Below, one piece after another: positions 59,749 to 64,000 of a stretch of 64,000 nucleotides of DNA. The notes under the pieces were generated by a model that was not told the origin of the DNA, did not search any database, and saw only the letters and a list, made by a program, of their open reading frames with translations. Origin of the DNA: Candidatus Undinarchaeota archaeon. Lineage in GTDB: Archaea; SpSt-1190; JASMDC01. The position numbers and the translations under genes are program-made. Location of the stretch: contig CAZFHY010000004.1 of the NCBI GenBank assembly GCA_964519305.1, forward strand, positions 96,001 through 160,000. The letters are read 5' to 3'. The first letter of the stretch is position 1. The number at the start of each line of letters is the position of its first letter.

Positions 59749-60911
59749 CCACTCGGGAATTCGTCACCGGTAACATGGCCGCCGCTCACGGTGCCCGCCT
59801 GGCGCGGACGGACGTGGTGCCCGCTTATCCCATCACGCCCCAGACACAAATCGTCGAGCACATCTCCGAGTTCGTGGCCGACGGAAAGATGGACTGTGAG
59901 TTCATCCGCGTCGAGAGCGAGCACTCGGCCATGGCGGCCTCCATCGGCGCTGCCTTCGGCGGTGTCCGTGTGTTCACGGCCACCTCATCCCACGGTCTTG
60001 CGTACATGCACGAGATGCTCCACTGGGCGGCCCACGCCCGTCTGCCCATCGTCATGGGCATGGTCAACCGTTCCATGGGCCCGCCATGGGCCATCTGGTC
60101 AGACCACCAAGACAGCATCTCCGCCCGGGACACCGGATGGATCCAGCTCTACGTGGAGAACAACCAAGAGGTGCTGGACACATGCATCCAGGCGTTCAAG
60201 GTGGCCGAACACCCGGATGTACAGCTCCCGCTGTTCTTCTGTCAGGACGCGTTCATCCTCTCACATACGTCCGCCGAGGTTGAGATGCCCGATCAGGCGA
60301 TGGTCGACCGGTTCATCGGGAAGCGCAAGCCACTGTTCAAGATGGACTGTGACAATCCCGCCACCTTCGGTAACATCATGAGCCCTGATTACTACATGGA
60401 GCTCAAGTACCAGATCGAGGAGTCCATGGCCGCGGCCAAGCGAGTATTGGTAGAGGTCGGCAAGGAGTTCGGCGATGTGTTCGGACGCCCCTACGGTCTC
60501 GTGGAGGAGTACAAGTGCGAGGACGCTGATGCCGTCCTTGTCGCGGTCGGGGCCGTGGCGGGCAACGCCCGTGTCGCCGTGGACAGTCTGCGGAAGAAGG
60601 GCAAGAATGTGGGGCTCCTCAAGCTCCGTTCCTACCGGCCGTTCCCTGACGAGGACGTTCGCCGACTGGCCGCCAAGGTCAAGACGCTGGCGGTCCTTGA
60701 CCGTGCCATGCCCATGGGCGCCCGGAGCCAGATCGCCTCGGACATCATGGCCGCTTGCTACGACATGAACGACCGTCCTGCGATCCAATCCCATGTCACC
60801 GGTATCGGTGGCAGGGAGGTCTCACCCGCACAGATCGAGGCCATCGGCGAGAAGGCCCTCAAGGGTGGCTCGTCCACGCACCCCACATGGTTGGGGCTCA
60901 AGGAGGCATGA
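59745..60911 (+). CDS. porA: Pyruvate/2-oxoacid:ferredoxin oxidoreductase alpha subunit
   Basis: AYPITPQT, ESEHSA, TATSSHGL. Confidence 0.94.
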   Translation: MTTREFVTGNMAAAHGARLARTDVVPAYPITPQTQIVEHISEFVADGKMDCEFIRVESEHSAMAASIGAAFGGVRVFTATSSHGLAYMHEMLHWAAHARLPIVMGMVNRSMGPPWAIWSDHQDSISARDTGWIQLYVENNQEVLDTCIQAFKVAEHPDVQLPLFFCQDAFILSHTSAEVEMPDQAMVDRFIGKRKPLFKMDCDNPATFGNIMSPDYYMELKYQIEESMAAAKRVLVEVGKEFGDVFGRPYGLVEEYKCEDADAVLVAVGAVAGNARVAVDSLRKKGKNVGLLKLRSYRPFPDEDVRRLAAKVKTLAVLDRAMPMGARSQIASDIMAACYDMNDRPAIQSHVTGIGGREVSPAQIEAIGEKALKGGSSTHPTWLGLKEA

Positions 60912-61840
60912 TGACGATGACCGACAAGCTTGTTGGAACGGATGACACCGAAACGGTTATGCTCCCTGGTAACGCTGCCTGCCCCGGATGCGGCGGATCC
61001 CTTGCGATCCGGTTGGCCCTGGAGACGCTGGGAAAAAAGACAATGGTCGTAGTGCCCGCGTGCTGCATGTCCGTTATCGAGGGGCTCTACCCGAAGAGCT
61101 GCTTCAACGTACCGATCATGAACATCGCGTTCGCGTCGGCCGGCGCTGCAGTGTCCGGGCTGGAGGCGGCCCTAAAGCGCCGCGGTGACGCGGACGAGAC
61201 CACAATCCTGGCCTTTGCTGGCGATGGTGGTACTGTGGACATCGGCATCCAGGCCCTCTCGGGGGCCATCGAGCGCGGCCATGATTTCATCTACATATGC
61301 TACGACAACGAGGCCTACATGAACACGGGCATCCAGCGCTCGGGATCCACTCCTTACGGGGCCTGGACCACGACGACACCCGTGGGTACGAACCGGCATT
61401 ACAAACGGGAGTTCAAGAAGGACATCCCAAGTATCATCGCCGCCCACAACATCCCTTACATGGCCACGGCGTCAGTTGGCTACCCCAAGGACTTCCAGAA
61501 GAAGGTCAAAGCGGCCAAGGATATCAAGGGACCCGCCTTCATCCAGGTGCACGCTCCGTGCCCGGCGGGATGGAAGTACGAGGGTCGGTTGAGCATCAAG
61601 CTCGCCCGGATGGCCCATGCCTGCGGGATGTGGAAGCTCTTCGAGCTCAAGGAAGGACAGACATCCATCCAGCGAAGACCGAAGGCCTTCGAGCCCATCA
61701 AGCCCTATGTGCGGGCACAGGGGCGGTTCGGCCACCTCAACGACGAGGAGATCTCCGATATGCAGGAACGGGTGGATGCGGACATCCGTGACTTCTACGG
61801 CATCGAGGGCGAGATCCCCGTCAAAGAGCCAAAAGCCTAG
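60908..61840 (+). CDS. porB: Pyruvate/2-oxoacid:ferredoxin oxidoreductase beta subunit
   Basis: ACPGCG, GDGG, YDNEAYMNTG TPP motif, PCPAGW. Confidence 0.94.
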   Translation: MMTMTDKLVGTDDTETVMLPGNAACPGCGGSLAIRLALETLGKKTMVVVPACCMSVIEGLYPKSCFNVPIMNIAFASAGAAVSGLEAALKRRGDADETTILAFAGDGGTVDIGIQALSGAIERGHDFIYICYDNEAYMNTGIQRSGSTPYGAWTTTTPVGTNRHYKREFKKDIPSIIAAHNIPYMATASVGYPKDFQKKVKAAKDIKGPAFIQVHAPCPAGWKYEGRLSIKLARMAHACGMWKLFELKEGQTSIQRRPKAFEPIKPYVRAQGRFGHLNDEEISDMQERVDADIRDFYGIEGEIPVKEPKA

Positions 61841-61852
61841 ATAGGGAACCAC

Positions 61853-61880
61853 GACGGGTCCCGTTCATGCGGGGCCCGTC
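61853..61880 (+). terminator. Hairpin after the por operon
   Basis: GACGGGTCCCG-TTCATG-CGGGGCCCGTC. Confidence 0.55.
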
Positions 61881-62001
61881 ATTCCTTACAGAAAGCTGCT
61901 AAATGGCAGATTCTAATTCATCTGTTAGTGAAATATTTGTAATATATACCATATATACCTTTTTAACCTAATCTATATACACTCAAAGGACTAGGTGATA
62001 T

Positions 62002-62103
62002 TAGGGAGCCGCGTGTGCCACCCGTGTCTCCTTAGGGGGGCGGAGTCTCCCTGAGCGACTAGACGTCTTGTACATTTAGCTGCCACCTCCGTCCCCTGTT
62101 TTT
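62002..62103 (+). ncRNA. Candidate structured small RNA (unassigned)
   Basis: AT-rich promoter upstream, two GC stems, T-tract end, no credible ORF. Confidence 0.3.
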
Positions 62104-62177
62104 CATCCCAGTTCTAACAATAACTGGCAGAAATGAACACATCGGTCGTTCTGACGGGCAGCGAACAGTGCGCTACC

Positions 62178-62396
62178 TCATCCCTCAACGAGGAACACGT
62201 GGAGGATTATGAAGAGGAGCACGGCCACGGAAAAGTAGGAAACGGCGTCCTTGAGGTACACGAGGGCCCCCTCCGCGCCCTCTTCCTCACCAATGATGTC
62301 AAGAAGGAAGATGGCCAGGAGGACCAGAGCACCAGCGAGAGTGGTCACAAAGATAACGGAAAGAGGATCGATGCCGTTCTCATCAAGTCCGAGCAT
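62178..62396 (-). CDS. Small two-TM membrane protein
   Basis: 72 aa, two hydrophobic helices joined by an acidic loop. Confidence 0.65.
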   Translation of the reverse strand: MLGLDENGIDPLSVIFVTTLAGALVLLAIFLLDIIGEEEGAEGALVYLKDAVSYFSVAVLLFIILHVFLVEG

Positions 62397-62495
62397 CCAT
62401 GTTACCTCACATTACTGCGTCGTTCTCGCCTTCCGACGCCCTGTCATCGACGGCCCCTATCAAACATTATAAAGCTTGTCCAGCGCGCCGCACGC

Positions 62496-63692
62496 TCATT
62501 TCTTCGCCATTATGGAGACGACAGCACCGTCGTCCAACACGTGCGATTCGCCCATCCGTCGCTTGGAGCGGCCGTCGATTGCGCATACGAACTTCTCCCC
62601 GATGTCCGTGTGTATCCTGTAGGCCAGCTGGCGGGCCGTTGTGCCTTCTGGGACCAGATGAGCGTCAGGGAGCACGTTGCCCTTACCGTCCGCCCATTTG
62701 TTCTCGTCCTCGACGGGGTATACGACGATGAGCTTCAGCAGGTCCCTTACCGCAGTGTCAAGCACCTTCTGGATACCGGTGCCCTTCAGGGGCCTGATAA
62801 CACGGTCGCGTATGAGCTCCAGACCGAGCCGCTGTTTGTCGTTTAGGTCCGCATCCTCATGGATGTTGAAATCCTCGGCCCCGGGGACGTAGTCCACAAC
62901 ACCACCGCGGGCAGCGTTGCGAAGGGCCAGTTCGGCCTCGGCGCAGGTGGGGATGACGAGCATGTCAGGGAAGGTCTTTCGCAGCAGCTCTAGGTTCTCT
63001 GCGGCCTTCGGCGTGTCTGCCTTGTTGGCGGCGATGATGATCGGTTTTGCGATAGCTCGTAGTGCTGAGCAGAACTTATGGATGTCATCGTCCGACCACT
63101 GGGCCGGCTTCTCGGCATCTACACCGGAGAGCCTGAGCGCGTCGCGCACATGGTCCTCGCTCACACCGAGACCCGTGAACTGCTCCGCCACGACTACCTC
63201 GAACTTTAGGTGCTCGAACTGTACGCGCCGGGCGAACCGGGTCCAGCTCTTCTTTAGGATGCCCGCGAACCATGCGACGATCTCCTCCTCCAGGAACCTC
63301 ACATCCTCGCAGGGATCGTGCTCGTCGCACGCCTTGCCCTCGATGTCGGTATTACCTGAGACGTCCACGACGTGGATGAGCACCGATGCCTGTCGAAGGT
63401 CGTCGAGGAACTGGATCCCTAGACCTTTGCCCTCGCTGGCCCCCGGGACCAGTCCCGCCACATCGATCATCCGCATTGGGACCAGCCGGATGCCCTCTGC
63501 ACACTCCGAGTTGCGCGGGGAGCAGGGTGTGCCCAGCTCTGTGTGGGGACAGGGCGCCCGTGTATATCCCACACCCACGTTCGCCTTAATCGTCGTGAAG
63601 GGATAGTTCGCGACCTCGGCCTCCGCCAGAGTAGCTGCGCGGAAGAAGGTTGATTTGCCCACATTGGGCTTGCCGACAATGCCGACCTCCAT
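62496..63692 (-). CDS. ychF: Obg-family ATPase YchF/Ola1 with TGS domain
   Basis: GKPNVGKST, NYPFTT, DVAGL, NKAD, IHTD. Confidence 0.95.
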   Translation of the reverse strand: MEVGIVGKPNVGKSTFFRAATLAEAEVANYPFTTIKANVGVGYTRAPCPHTELGTPCSPRNSECAEGIRLVPMRMIDVAGLVPGASEGKGLGIQFLDDLRQASVLIHVVDVSGNTDIEGKACDEHDPCEDVRFLEEEIVAWFAGILKKSWTRFARRVQFEHLKFEVVVAEQFTGLGVSEDHVRDALRLSGVDAEKPAQWSDDDIHKFCSALRAIAKPIIIAANKADTPKAAENLELLRKTFPDMLVIPTCAEAELALRNAARGGVVDYVPGAEDFNIHEDADLNDKQRLGLELIRDRVIRPLKGTGIQKVLDTAVRDLLKLIVVYPVEDENKWADGKGNVLPDAHLVPEGTTARQLAYRIHTDIGEKFVCAIDGRSKRRMGESHVLDDGAVVSIMAKK

Positions 63693-63747
63693 GGCGAACG
63701 GGGTGCGGGATAAGCTTAATATATCTACGGAGACCCAATACTTGTAT

Positions 63748-64000
63748 ATGCGTAGTCCTCTCGCGACACTCCTCCTGGTGCTCGCTCTTGCATCGGCCTA
63801 TGACTGTGCGCCCTTCAACGTAGAGGTCAATAGCACCAGTGCTGTTACCCTTCGCGTGGCGATAGTCTGTGCGGACTGCACTGATCCGGTGAACGTGACG
63901 GCCATGCAGTGCGACATCGAGGACGACCCGGACTGTGACGAGATGGTGAACGTCACCGGTGACCTGCCATGGCAGCTCTGGTCCCCCGGGGATGGTGACG
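63748..64000 (+). CDS. Secreted Cys-containing protein, truncated by the window edge
   Basis: MRSPLATLLLVLALASA signal peptide; frame open to the end; TTAATATAT box upstream. Confidence 0.65.
   Translation, partial: MRSPLATLLLVLALASAYDCAPFNVEVNSTSAVTLRVAIVCADCTDPVNVTAMQCDIEDDPDCDEMVNVTGDLPWQLWSPGDGD

Noticed and set aside
61995-62117. GTG-started mini-ORF with CxxC and a TGA that might be read as selenocysteine
   Set aside because: No SECIS-like element or Sec machinery seen, and the peptide resembles no selenoprotein
1-64000. CRISPR array, rRNA, integrase or att duplication of the tRNA-Gly 3-prime end
   Set aside because: No regularly spaced repeats, rRNA signatures, recombinase motifs or second tRNA fragment were seen by eye

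Overview
GC-rich chromosomal window from an anaerobic archaeon. The archaeal call rests on RFC small subunit, FEN1, EF-1beta, HerA/NurA, archaeal-type AspRS/MetRS, geranylgeranyl reductases, TATA-box promoters with near-leaderless starts, and a CCA-less tRNA-Gly(CCC). A DPANN-like affiliation is plausible but is inference only. Housekeeping blocks (rfcS-aspS-ferredoxin-2xGGR, Zn-ribbon-EF1b-fen, class III RNR-thioredoxin-ferredoxin, herA/nurA, metG-porGDAB, ychF) flank an accessory zone at about 30-52 kb. Best candidates for undescribed biology: (1) a 35-44.6 kb cluster of a Tes-like radical SAM enzyme, an O-carbamoyltransferase, two MprF-like flippase domains, a PP-loop CxxC enzyme, an HExxH peptidase, an MFS exporter, a U32 Fe-S protein and QueD; (2) a beta-CASP nuclease divergent from two tandem paralogues that read as highly diverged RNase HI-fold proteins with Cys at a catalytic Asp position; (3) a voltage-gated channel whose selectivity filter is rewritten (QVGSP for TVGYG); (4) a promoter-driven, ORF-less structured element after porB; (5) a decayed tnpB whose omegaRNA end looks intact. 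No CRISPR array, rRNA or intact transposase was seen. All calls come from reading motifs by eye; no searches were run.
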